Positions 17,795 to 26,521 of a stretch of 53,070 nucleotides of DNA are shown here, one piece after another. Numbering within the stretch: the first letter of the stretch is position 1; each line of letters begins with the position of its first letter. The DNA is from Planctomycetota bacterium. GTDB taxonomy: Bacteria; Planctomycetota; GCA-002687715; DRQF01. The notes below the pieces were generated by a model. That model had not been told where the DNA came from. It searched no databases and saw only the letters and a list, made by a program, of their open reading frames with translations. The translations under genes and the position numbers were made by a program. Location of the stretch: the NCBI GenBank assembly GCA_036479435.1, contig JAZGFI010000174.1, forward strand, positions 1 through 53,070, given 5' to 3'.

Positions 17795-18790
17795 TTAGTC
17801 GCTGCCTTGCGTCCGCGCCAACAGCACCAAGTCTGCCAGCGTTGCCGCGACCATCGCCTCGATAACCGGAATAACGCGAGGCACGATGCAGGGATCGTGG
17901 CGGCCGCGTTTGGCGACGTCGGCCACCGAGCTTGTGGGTTTGATACTCACAGCGAGTTCGATCGTTTCTCCGGTAGAAATCCCGCCGAGGATGCCCCCGA
18001 AGGCCTTTCGGTCGGCGACATAGTCCAAGCCGCGCATCGTGACCGCGTCGAATCCAGCGCCGTAAGAAAAACCCGTTACGGCTCCGATGCTCATGACAGC
18101 ATCGGCGAGCCTCGATTTCAACTTGCCGAAAACCGGTTCTCCGAGTCCCGCCGGCGGGTTCTCAATCTGAACTTTCACCAGCCCGCCGCAGGAGTCGCCC
18201 GCCTTTTTCAAATCAATGACGTAGCGTTCCATCCTCGCCGCCACGACCGGGTCTGCGCAACGAACGAGGTTTTGCTCGATCGTCTCCGGCGAAAAGTCAG
18301 TGGCTACAAGGTCGCCGATCTGATGGGCGTGCCCGATGATGCGGCACTCTTTCGGCAACAGTTTGCGCGCCACCACCCCCGCGATGACCCGGGCCACTGT
18401 TTCGCGTCCCGAAGAGCGACCGCCGCCGCGATGATCGCGGTGGCCGTACTTGGATTCGTAGGTCTCGTCGGCGTGGCCGGGGCGTGGACTGTTCTTCAGT
18501 TTGTCGTAGTCGGCCGAGCGCTGGTTTACATTGCGCACCAAGACCGCAATCGGCATTCCAGTCGTGCGGTTGTCGAACACTCCCGAGATCAGCTCCGGAC
18601 AATCGGCCTCTTGGCGAGCCGTCGTCACCGCACTTTGGCCTGGTCGTCGCCGCGCCAACTCCGGCTCAAAGTCCTCAACCCTAAGCTCGATGCCCGCAGG
18701 GCAGCCGTCGATCACGACTCCCAGAGCTACGCCGTGCGACTCGCCAAAACTTGTGAAACGAAAAAGTGTGCCGAAGCTGTTACTCGCCAT
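17795..18790 (-). CDS. aroC: Chorismate synthase
   Basis: FGESHG, RPGHAD, GGGRSSGRET, GGISTG, GRHDPC. Confidence 0.95.
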   Translation of the reverse strand: MASNSFGTLFRFTSFGESHGVALGVVIDGCPAGIELRVEDFEPELARRRPGQSAVTTARQEADCPELISGVFDNRTTGMPIAVLVRNVNQRSADYDKLKNSPRPGHADETYESKYGHRDHRGGGRSSGRETVARVIAGVVARKLLPKECRIIGHAHQIGDLVATDFSPETIEQNLVRCADPVVAARMERYVIDLKKAGDSCGGLVKVQIENPPAGLGEPVFGKLKSRLADAVMSIGAVTGFSYGAGFDAVTMRGLDYVADRKAFGGILGGISTGETIELAVSIKPTSSVADVAKRGRHDPCIVPRVIPVIEAMVAATLADLVLLARTQGSD

Positions 18791-20159
18791 CTGCCGCTCC
18801 CATCTCTTCGGCTAGCTCTGCGAGCACCGAGCGATCTGCTGCCGTCGTTTTGCGTTTGCTAAAGAGTTCGTTTTGAGCCAAGGCTTGTTCCATGAGCATC
18901 GCGGTGCCGTCTTTCGCCATGAACCCGGCGCCATCGGCCAGGCGCATGAAAAGGGTGTCTTGCCCGTAGCGCAGATCGACCGCAATGGCCTCGTCGGAAC
19001 TGGGCTTTGGCAACTTGAGCTCGCCGCGGTCGAGCGGCAAGGTCCAAATGATTGCATCCACGGCGCTGTCGCCGAGCGTATCGAGGCTGGCACCCTCGAT
19101 CTTAAAAGTTCGGCGGAGACTATCGAGAGCCTCGCCGTTGCGAGCGCAGACGCGGGTCTCGGCCCAGCCCAGTTTTTCGCCGGCCAGCAAGATCGCGGGC
19201 ACGACTCCTCCCGATCCAACCACCGTGACCTTTTTCAATCCGCGCAGCTCGGGGTAGCCACGCAGAAATCCCGCCGTGTCGGTCTGATACCCCTTCCAAC
19301 TGCCATCGTCCTGCAAGACTGCGGTGTTGGCCGCCTGGCAACGAACAACGTCGTCATCTTGTTCGCCGAGCAATGGCAAGATTGCATTTTTGTAGGGCGC
19401 GGTGATCGAGCAGCCGCGCAAACCCATCTCGGCCAGCGCTCGAAAGTTCGCCTTGAGATCGGAGCCGGGAAAAGCGGCGTAGCGGGCCCGTCGTTTTTGC
19501 AACTTGAACAGGCGGTCGTGAATCTCAGGGCTTGCCGTTTGCAAATCGAGACCACCAAAGATGCCGTAAAGATCGGGCGGGCTCACGCCTTCAAGTTGGC
19601 GGTGTTCACCAATCGCCAGTTGGCCGGGGGCCGCGGCATCTTCTTTGCGCACCGTCGTGTAGGTCAGCGCGTTTCGAAATGGTGAGAGCAGTCGGTTGGC
19701 TTTGGCTAAAGGGCCCATCGCCAAGATGGCGCAAGGCCCGGTCCACTGCAACTCCTCCTGCAAGTGGTGTAGCATCAGCAGCTCGGAGGGCTCGCGTGGC
19801 GTCACCGCAATCTTGACGATTTCGGCGCCGCGATCGCGTGCGCGCGCAGCGGTCTCAAGGAGTTCTTCTCGCGACGGACAAGAAAAATAGTCGTGGAAGC
19901 TGATGACCAGCTTTGAAGCTCCCACTGTGAATCCCGCTTCGTTGAGGTCGAGATCGAGGTAGGCCGCTCCCGCCGTTTCAAGTCGTTCGAGGTCGCCGTT
20001 GCGAGGCGACAGCATGCGCGGAATCGAGGACGCGAAGGGCCTAAGCCCTGGAGTGATATCACCACGGACCTCAAGAATATCGGCGCCCGCCTTCATGGCA
20101 GCCACGGAATAAGCAGAAGCATTGCGGGCGGCCGAAGCCGGGAGCGTTACCACGTACAC
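18780..20159 (-). CDS. aroDE: Fused type I 3-dehydroquinate dehydratase / shikimate dehydrogenase (AroD-AroE)
   Basis: N-terminal EVRGD, ISFHD, IVKIA, LAMG and APGQ; C-terminal SITAPYK, AANT, TDTAG, GSGG and DGTAMLMEQA. Confidence 0.88.
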   Translation of the reverse strand: MYVVTLPASAARNASAYSVAAMKAGADILEVRGDITPGLRPFASSIPRMLSPRNGDLERLETAGAAYLDLDLNEAGFTVGASKLVISFHDYFSCPSREELLETAARARDRGAEIVKIAVTPREPSELLMLHHLQEELQWTGPCAILAMGPLAKANRLLSPFRNALTYTTVRKEDAAAPGQLAIGEHRQLEGVSPPDLYGIFGGLDLQTASPEIHDRLFKLQKRRARYAAFPGSDLKANFRALAEMGLRGCSITAPYKNAILPLLGEQDDDVVRCQAANTAVLQDDGSWKGYQTDTAGFLRGYPELRGLKKVTVVGSGGVVPAILLAGEKLGWAETRVCARNGEALDSLRRTFKIEGASLDTLGDSAVDAIIWTLPLDRGELKLPKPSSDEAIAVDLRYGQDTLFMRLADGAGFMAKDGTAMLMEQALAQNELFSKRKTTAADRSVLAELAEEMGAADGE

Positions 20160-21901
20160 GAGCGTCTCAACTCTTCGACCAAAATCCCGATCTGCTCGTT
20201 CGAGCTGAGGCCGGGGGGCAAGATGATGTCGGCGACATCTTCATAGAATGGGGCGCGACGGTCGAGAGCGGATTCCAATTCGGGCAAAAGCCCGGTGTCG
20301 CTGAGGGCCGGGCGGCCTTGGGAGTCAGCTCTCAATCGGCCCCCTATGGTCGCAAGTTCTTCGGTGATCCAAATGACGGCGGCCTTTTTCTTCAAGATGG
20401 CGCGCGTGGACTCAGATTCGACGGCTCCGCCGCCGGTGGCCAAAATGACCCCGGGCCGCAGTTCCTCGGCGATGATGGCTTCTTCGGCCCTCCGGAAAGA
20501 CGGCCAGCCCTCTTTTTCCACATGTCTTCGAATTTCGCCGGCCCTGAACTCAAAAACGCTATCTGAGTCGACGAACTCAAGATTCAAGATCTCGGCGATC
20601 AGCCTTGCGAGCGTCGATTTGCCCGTGGCTCGCATCCCGACGATCGCCAGGGGGCGTGTCTGATTGCAAATGGAGGTCAAGTCATCGAAAAACCGCGGGT
20701 AACTTTTGGCGACACAATCGGCATTTGAAACTTGCATGCCGGGGGCCAGGCAGCCGAACAAGGCGCCGACCATGGCGAGACGATGGTCACCTTCGGGGTC
20801 GAAGGCCACGGCTTGAACGCGGGACGAGCCCTGTATTGAAATTCCATCCGGCTCGACGGCTATCTCAATTCCCATCCGCGTAAATTCACGGGCGGTGACG
20901 GCGAGTCGATCGCACTCTTTGAGCCTTAGGTTTGCGGCGCCGACGAATCGAGTGCGGCCGCTGCGCCGTGCAGCGACAAGAGCGAGGTTCATCAACTGAT
21001 CGGGCGTGTTGGACACATCAATCTCGAGGTCGCCTCGGCCAGAAAGGGCCTGCAGGTGATGGAGGACGGCGCGGTCGCTTTGCGTGGAATCGGGGCGAAG
21101 GTTCGAGCCCAGAAAACGACTGTTCGAAAGATGGGCCAGGGCAAAAAAAGTACCCGCCGCACTCCAGTCACCTTCAATCTCGAACGGGTCGCGGCCTAGG
21201 CTTTGGCCCTCTGTATGGCAAACCGCCGCGTGTTCCTCAGTCATGGCGGTGCCAATGCCAAAGTGCTTGAGCACCTCGGTCGTCAGCTCCAGGTAACTCG
21301 CGGAGGCGAGTCCCTTCGTAATCTGAACCGCCAAGCCTCCCTTAAGCTGCCACCCGACCAAAAGCATCGAGCTCAAAAACTGACTGCTCTTGGAGGCATC
21401 AAGCCTCACCTCGCCGCCACGGGTCAAGCCGCCCTTTACGCGGATCGGCGGGCATCCCGCCCTAGCTTCAATCTCAACGCCTAATGAAGCCCAGGCATCT
21501 ACGAGATCTTGAATCGGCCGCGTGCTCATGCGCCGATCGCCGTTGAGAAGCCACTCACCGGGGACCAGTATGGCGACCGAAGTCAAAAATCGCATTGCGG
21601 TGCCCGCGTTGCCGCAGTAGATCTCGCCGGACGTTCTCGCAGCGTGCGCCGCCTTCGGCAAGCCCCCGCGAACTTCCAATTCTCCTGCGCTTTGGTCAAG
21701 CCACTCCAAGTCGAAACCGAGTGTCTTCAAACCGTCGACAAGATAACGAACATCGTCGCAGGGCGTGGCGTTTGAAATGCGGGTGATGCCTTTGCAAAGA
21801 GCAGCGACAACAATGGCGCGGTTGGCTTCGGACTTGGAGCCGGGCAAGCGCAACTCGGCGTCAAAAGGAAGGCGAAGGGGACTGATGCTTTGGGAGCTCA
21901 T
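20147..21901 (-). CDS. aroA: Fused EPSP synthase / shikimate kinase (AroA-AroK)
   Basis: LPGSKS, GNAGTAMRF, SSQFLS, RLKECDR, DHRLAM and KSYP, followed by the kinase motifs GMRATGKST, DSD, FRRAE and ATGGG. The ATG overlaps the aroB stop (ATGA). Confidence 0.92.
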   Translation of the reverse strand: MSSQSISPLRLPFDAELRLPGSKSEANRAIVVAALCKGITRISNATPCDDVRYLVDGLKTLGFDLEWLDQSAGELEVRGGLPKAAHAARTSGEIYCGNAGTAMRFLTSVAILVPGEWLLNGDRRMSTRPIQDLVDAWASLGVEIEARAGCPPIRVKGGLTRGGEVRLDASKSSQFLSSMLLVGWQLKGGLAVQITKGLASASYLELTTEVLKHFGIGTAMTEEHAAVCHTEGQSLGRDPFEIEGDWSAAGTFFALAHLSNSRFLGSNLRPDSTQSDRAVLHHLQALSGRGDLEIDVSNTPDQLMNLALVAARRSGRTRFVGAANLRLKECDRLAVTAREFTRMGIEIAVEPDGISIQGSSRVQAVAFDPEGDHRLAMVGALFGCLAPGMQVSNADCVAKSYPRFFDDLTSICNQTRPLAIVGMRATGKSTLARLIAEILNLEFVDSDSVFEFRAGEIRRHVEKEGWPSFRRAEEAIIAEELRPGVILATGGGAVESESTRAILKKKAAVIWITEELATIGGRLRADSQGRPALSDTGLLPELESALDRRAPFYEDVADIILPPGLSSNEQIGILVEELRRSCTW

Positions 21902-22944
21902 CGCTCCAAGGCTCCCAGAAAGGCCTCCTCGGAGAGCGCTTGAATTCTCGCCCCACCCATCTTGGTGGGAACGGCAATGCGAACTTCTCCCGAACGAGAT
22001 TTCTTGTCGTTTTGCATCAACTTCCAAAGGTCGGTCGCCGCAAAACTAAACTCAGCCGGCGGAGCCGTCGGCAAACCCAGACGACGCAAGAGGGACTCAA
22101 TCCGTGGTCCTGCTTCGCTGTGGGCGGCACGGCACTCGATCACCATCCCCATGGCGACGGCTTGGCCGTGAGGGATGAGAAACTCAGAAAGCCCTTCGTA
22201 GGCGTGACCCACGGTGTGACCAAAGTTGAGCAGCATCCGCCGCCAGGCTTCGCTTTCGTCTTCAATCACCACGCCCATCTTGAGCCCCGCGCTAACGGTG
22301 ATCATCTTTTCGCAGATCACGGCATCTCGAGATAAGATCAACTCGGCGTGTTCTTCGAGCCAAACGAACCAATCTTCGTCCAAGATGGCGGCAACTTTGA
22401 CGACCTCGGCGAGCCCGGTTCTAAACTCTTGATCGGGAAGGCTCTCCAGCCAATTCGGATCACAAAGCACCAAATCCGGCTGCCGAATCGTGCCTAAGAT
22501 ATTCTTGTGTGCTCCCAAGTCGACGCCATTCTTGCCCCCGAGAGCCGCATCAACCATCGCGAGCAAAGACGTCGGCAACAAAGCACAGGCGATGCCGCGC
22601 ATGTACACGCTCGCCAAAAAGGCCGCGACGTCGGTGGTGACCCCACCCCCTAATCCCAAGACCATCGAGTGCCGCGTCGCGCCCGCCTCAAGCAGCTGAT
22701 CTGCGAGCGCCGCTACCGTCGCCAGGCGCTTCGATGCTTCGCCGCCCTCAAAGGCCATCGCCGCTCGAATCGGAAGCATCGCCTGAAGTCGATCCGCAAT
22801 CTCCGCCACCGCGGGATCAAAGACCAAAAAGAGCCCATCCTCAGCCCGGTGACCAAGCCACTCATCAAGCTGAGCTTCAAGGCCCCTACGGATGACAACC
22901 CTCGAAGGTCGTGACTGGCTAAATTGAAAGATTCGGTCGTACAT
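21898..22944 (-). CDS. aroB: 3-dehydroquinate synthase
   Basis: GGGVTTD, RGI, PTSLLAMVDAALGGKNG, AEVVK, LNFGHTVGH, HGQAV. Start taken at MYDRI. Confidence 0.93.
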   Translation of the reverse strand: MYDRIFQFSQSRPSRVVIRRGLEAQLDEWLGHRAEDGLFLVFDPAVAEIADRLQAMLPIRAAMAFEGGEASKRLATVAALADQLLEAGATRHSMVLGLGGGVTTDVAAFLASVYMRGIACALLPTSLLAMVDAALGGKNGVDLGAHKNILGTIRQPDLVLCDPNWLESLPDQEFRTGLAEVVKVAAILDEDWFVWLEEHAELILSRDAVICEKMITVSAGLKMGVVIEDESEAWRRMLLNFGHTVGHAYEGLSEFLIPHGQAVAMGMVIECRAAHSEAGPRIESLLRRLGLPTAPPAEFSFAATDLWKLMQNDKKSRSGEVRIAVPTKMGGARIQALSEEAFLGALER

Positions 22945-23029
22945 AAGTCTGCCAAGATTGTGCCGATTTAAGTCGTCATTGCCAATCGCTCCGTATTCCA
23001 AAGCACGAGCCAGCACGGTGTCTTCTTCG

Positions 23030-23203
23030 TGGCCGTTGCTGTACCGCATCAGCCCCGTGGCTGAAACCGCCTGCGTTTTCAATGATACGGTTCCGGCCTC
23101 TTTGGCCGGAACCACAACCTACGCTCAATGGATCATCGAAGACCCAAGCCAGGTCGGAATCGCTCGCTACTTGACGTCGAAATCGATGAGGATCGATCTC
23201 TAA
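23030..23203 (+). pseudogene. Remnant 3' end of a secreted-protein gene (C-terminal domain only)
   Basis: VPASLAGTTTYAQWIIEDPSQVG...TSKSMRIDL matches the G-x5-Q-x4-D C-terminal pattern of the paralogs. There is no credible start or signal peptide, and the left boundary is approximate. Confidence 0.5.
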
Positions 23204-23240
23204 GGGAGATCTCTGAGGATCGATCTCTAAGGGAGATCTC
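23187..23240. repeat. Perfect 27-bp tandem duplication TGAGGATCGATCTCTAAGGGAGATCTC x2
   Basis: Copies at 23187-23213 and 23214-23240; each holds a GATCTC-N5-GAGATC inverted repeat. Confidence 0.92.
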
Positions 23241-23414
23241 GAGGGCCACGGACTCATGGCCCTCGAGGACGACCTATGATTGGCGTGACGGGGCACATCA
23301 ACAGCCATCCTTGGCAAGGGTAAGTTGGCTTGGGGTCCACTGAGGCCGTATGTCATAAAACACTTACATTTAGGTGGTTATGGCCTTTCCATGGTGATGG
23401 ATGACGGGCGTCTT

Positions 23415-23498
23415 CAATCAGTCGGGGTGAAAACTGGCAATCAGCCGGGGTGAAAACTGGCAATCAGCCGGGGTGAAACCTTGCAATCAGCCGAGGTG
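23415..23498. repeat. 23-bp tandem repeats, consensus CAATCAGCCGGGGTGAAAACTGG, 3 full copies plus 1 partial
   Basis: Units start at 23415, 23438, 23461 and 23484, with no spacers. Confidence 0.92.
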
Positions 23499-23510
23499 CA
23501 GCGCTAAGAT
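23481..23510 (+). promoter_or_regulatory. Putative sigma70-type promoter for a leaderless ATPase transcript
   Basis: TTGCAA (23481-86), 18 nt, TAAGAT (23505-10). The ATG follows 6 nt later with no Shine-Dalgarno. Confidence 0.5.
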
Positions 23511-23516
23511 CTTTCC

Positions 23517-24761
23517 ATGGGATCGGCGTATTACAGCAGAGCCATTGAACCACGGCTCAGGGAGAGCCTGGGCGACAGCCCCATTACCTTGATCCATGGC
23601 CCAAGGCAGTGCGGAAAAACGACACTCGCACGGGCCATGGGGGACTCACTGGGGTACGAGTACTTCAGTTTCGACGATGAAGTTCTGCTTGCTGCCGCCC
23701 ACGCAGACCCCTTCGGGTTCGTCTTTGGCCTCCCGGAGAAGACGATCCTAGACGAAGTCCAAAGAGTGCCGGAGATCTTTGTTGCGCTCAAGAGCGCTGT
23801 CGATCGTGATCGAGCCCCCGGCCGATTTCTTCTAACTGGTTCTGCCAATGTCCTCCTTGTCCCAAGACTGGCCGATTCTCTCGCTGGCCGCATGGAGATC
23901 CTCCGCCTCCATCCCCTTTCTCAAAGTGAGTTGGCCGGACATCGCTCACTTTTTCTTGACCGTCTTTTCGCGGGGGACTTTGCCCAAAAATCTTGCGATC
24001 GCCTGGGACTAGATCTTGTCGATCGGGTCCTCGCTGGCGGCTACCCCGCGGCACTCGCCCGGTCACATCAGCGGCGTCGCGCGGTCTGGTATCGAGATTA
24101 CATCCAGACTCTAGTCCAGCGGGATCTACGGGACCTCGCTCGGATTCAGCACATCGACATCCTCCCGCGGCTCCTCACGGTTGTCGCCAGCCATACCGCT
24201 AGTCTTCTTAACGTCAGTGATCTCGCTGGACCTTTTCAGTTGAGCCGCACTACCATTCGTGACTACATCGATCTCTTGCGGTCCGTGTTCCTCGTCAATC
24301 CTCTGCCGCCTTGGTACACAAATCAGCTAAGCCGCATCGTCAAGGCGTCCAAAATTCACATCGGCGATACGGGGCTTGCCAGTGCTCTCCTGGGGCACAC
24401 GGCCTCCTCGCTCGCCGCGGATCGTTCGGCCCTTGGAAGTTTGCTGGAGACTTTTGTTCTTCAAGAGTTGCGCCGACAGGCGAGTGGCCATGAAGATGAC
24501 CATCGCTTTTTTCATTACCGCGATCGGGATCAAAGAGAGGTCGATATTGTCATCGAACGCGGCGCTCGCGAAGTCGCTGGGATTGAAGTCAAAGCCGGGG
24601 CGACTGTGAAGTCCGGCGACTTTCGGGGGCTAAGAAAACTGCGAGATGCCGCTGGCGACCGTTGGACCTCAGGCCTGGTCCTTTACGACGGCGAAGCCAC
24701 CGCAAGCTTTGGAGACGCGATGTTTGCGGTGCCCATCGGGGCTCTTTGGGAATCGTCTTGA
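23517..24761 (+). CDS. AAA+ ATPase, AAA_14 plus DUF4143 architecture, with C-terminal PD-(D/E)xK-like motif
   Basis: Walker A GPRQCGKT, Walker B ILDEVQ, LTGSA, SLAGR, GGYP, HTH-like LSRTTIRDY, and EVDIV...IEVK. Confidence 0.92.
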   Translation: MGSAYYSRAIEPRLRESLGDSPITLIHGPRQCGKTTLARAMGDSLGYEYFSFDDEVLLAAAHADPFGFVFGLPEKTILDEVQRVPEIFVALKSAVDRDRAPGRFLLTGSANVLLVPRLADSLAGRMEILRLHPLSQSELAGHRSLFLDRLFAGDFAQKSCDRLGLDLVDRVLAGGYPAALARSHQRRRAVWYRDYIQTLVQRDLRDLARIQHIDILPRLLTVVASHTASLLNVSDLAGPFQLSRTTIRDYIDLLRSVFLVNPLPPWYTNQLSRIVKASKIHIGDTGLASALLGHTASSLAADRSALGSLLETFVLQELRRQASGHEDDHRFFHYRDRDQREVDIVIERGAREVAGIEVKAGATVKSGDFRGLRKLRDAAGDRWTSGLVLYDGEATASFGDAMFAVPIGALWESS

Positions 24762-24903
24762 CCAGCGCCTTGGTGTACGGGGATAATCTCCGAGTCTTTG
24801 CCTTTAGTCGAGACACTCGGGCCTATCTATATCTGTGCCTTGGCGCTTCAATACTCTCGGTACCAATTCGCTTATCGTAGGAAGCTGATCGGAGGAGACC
24901 TAA

Positions 24904-26409
24904 ATGCCCTGCCTTGTTTTTCGGATCTTGAGCGCGATCGTCATGGCCGCATGGCTATTTGTGGGGTCGGGGGTGGCCCAGACGTCGAGGCCTGTTTCCA
25001 AAGACAAGACGGCAGCGGCAGGGGTCGAGCTGGGCACGCGGTACTTTGGGTATCACCTCAAAAACCTCACCAAAGTTGGGACGGAAGAGCTGACTTGGCG
25101 GGAGGCGAAGATTCCGGGAACCGAAGTCGAAGGCTTGCAATGGGAGCGGTGGCGGCGGTTCAACGAGTATGTTGACCGCGTCCATATCAGTGATTCGATT
25201 TGGTTCGAAAACAGCGCTCCTTACGGCTTGCGGCACACTAGCTTTGACCGGCATGTGGGGGGCCACAGTGATGGCACGGTGATTGGCCGACTTGTTGAGG
25301 CGGCGAAGTTGGAGTTCTGGCGGGAGGGCGGCTCTCGGCCCGATCGAATTGGCTCCTTGTCCGAGATCCCTCGGCTCCCTGGCATCTTTGGGCTGAAGGC
25401 GGCGCTGTTGGCACCAGCCAACTTGAGCCAGGCTTTTGAAGTGGCGCGCTTGGATCTGGATCGACGTCGCGTTGAGATGGAACGATACGAAGTCGTTCGG
25501 GTTTTTGACCAGATACTGTTGGGAGTTCCCCAGCGCGTCACCGAGATCAAGTGGCGGACATTGGATGCCGACGAGTCGCCACTTGAGGAAACTCTGTGGC
25601 TGGACGAGCGGTATCGGCGCGTTGCGAGCACCTTTTCTGAGATTGAAAGTTGCGGCGTGTGGCTCGAGCCCAAGCGCATGGGCATGTCGCACAAAAACGG
25701 CGTCTTTAGTCCCTTGGAAGGCTGTGCTGTCGTCGACCGCGATCTTGGCGACCCGAAGGCGCTGCGCCGATTGGTGCTGGCGATTCCCAATGCCGTTGCA
25801 GTTGAACTCGGTCAACATGTTGGGCAGACCTTGAAGCTCGACGATGAGTCGGGCTGGGCTAGGCTAGAAGTGAGCGCGAAAGCCAATGCGAAGGTCGCGG
25901 TCAAAGACAGTGAGCGTCGCCGCAACGAGAGATCTGAGCGGCGCAACAAGAGTCTTCGCCCGAAGCTTTCGGCCTTGTTGTTGGAGGCGGGCGTCAAGGC
26001 CGAGATGGGCGCCGAAGACATCGTGGCTAAACTCATTCGCTTTGTCCCGAACCATCTCACCCTCGATAGCCGTTACTCGCGCCAGAACTTGCGGAGCATC
26101 CTGAAGAAACGGCTGGCGTCGAGCCGTGAGTGCTCGATGCTCTTTGCGGCTTTGGCTCAACAGGCCGGGCTTGTCGCGCGTCCGGTTAGGGGTTTTGTCT
26201 ACGGCGGAGACCGTTGGCGCGGCTTTGTAGTGCATACTTGGTGCGAAGTGGAAGTCAAAGGTTGTTGGCGGCCCGTCGATCCGACTTGGGGTGAAGAAGT
26301 TCTCAGCGCCGGGCATATCTCTGCGGGGCACCTGGTTACGCGGGAGCACCTCCTTCGACCGAATGGCCGGACTCATCGGACTAAGTTCAAAGTGCTCAAA
26401 GTCGAATGA
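24904..26409 (+). CDS. Exported transglutaminase-like domain protein
   Basis: Signal peptide; C-terminal LFAALAQQAGLVARPVRG, HTWCEV and WRPVDPTW. Confidence 0.8.
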   Translation: MPCLVFRILSAIVMAAWLFVGSGVAQTSRPVSKDKTAAAGVELGTRYFGYHLKNLTKVGTEELTWREAKIPGTEVEGLQWERWRRFNEYVDRVHISDSIWFENSAPYGLRHTSFDRHVGGHSDGTVIGRLVEAAKLEFWREGGSRPDRIGSLSEIPRLPGIFGLKAALLAPANLSQAFEVARLDLDRRRVEMERYEVVRVFDQILLGVPQRVTEIKWRTLDADESPLEETLWLDERYRRVASTFSEIESCGVWLEPKRMGMSHKNGVFSPLEGCAVVDRDLGDPKALRRLVLAIPNAVAVELGQHVGQTLKLDDESGWARLEVSAKANAKVAVKDSERRRNERSERRNKSLRPKLSALLLEAGVKAEMGAEDIVAKLIRFVPNHLTLDSRYSRQNLRSILKKRLASSRECSMLFAALAQQAGLVARPVRGFVYGGDRWRGFVVHTWCEVEVKGCWRPVDPTWGEEVLSAGHISAGHLVTREHLLRPNGRTHRTKFKVLKVE

Positions 26410-26521
26410 GAACTTGAGTTAAGGACAAGTCTGGCGGTCTGGGAGCCGATCTCGATAGCTGGGACTTCGGCGCGTGGCTTCGTACAATCAGCGGTCTGAA
26501 AACCCTCGAGTCCCCCAATCC

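Noticed and set aside
17789..18862. 357-aa + strand ORF
   Set aside because: Antisense shadow of aroC.
22945..23115. 57-aa N-terminal extension of AroB in the ORF track
   Set aside because: Not AroB-like, and it overlaps the + strand remnant. ATG 22944 gives a normal-length enzyme.
23187..23498. Repeat clusters as a CRISPR array or IS ends
   Set aside because: Units are head-to-tail with no unique spacers, and there is no cas or transposase gene in the window.
26410..26521. Cobalamin riboswitch upstream of the B12 mutase operon
   Set aside because: The gap is only about 110 nt and I see no B12-box or other conserved core.
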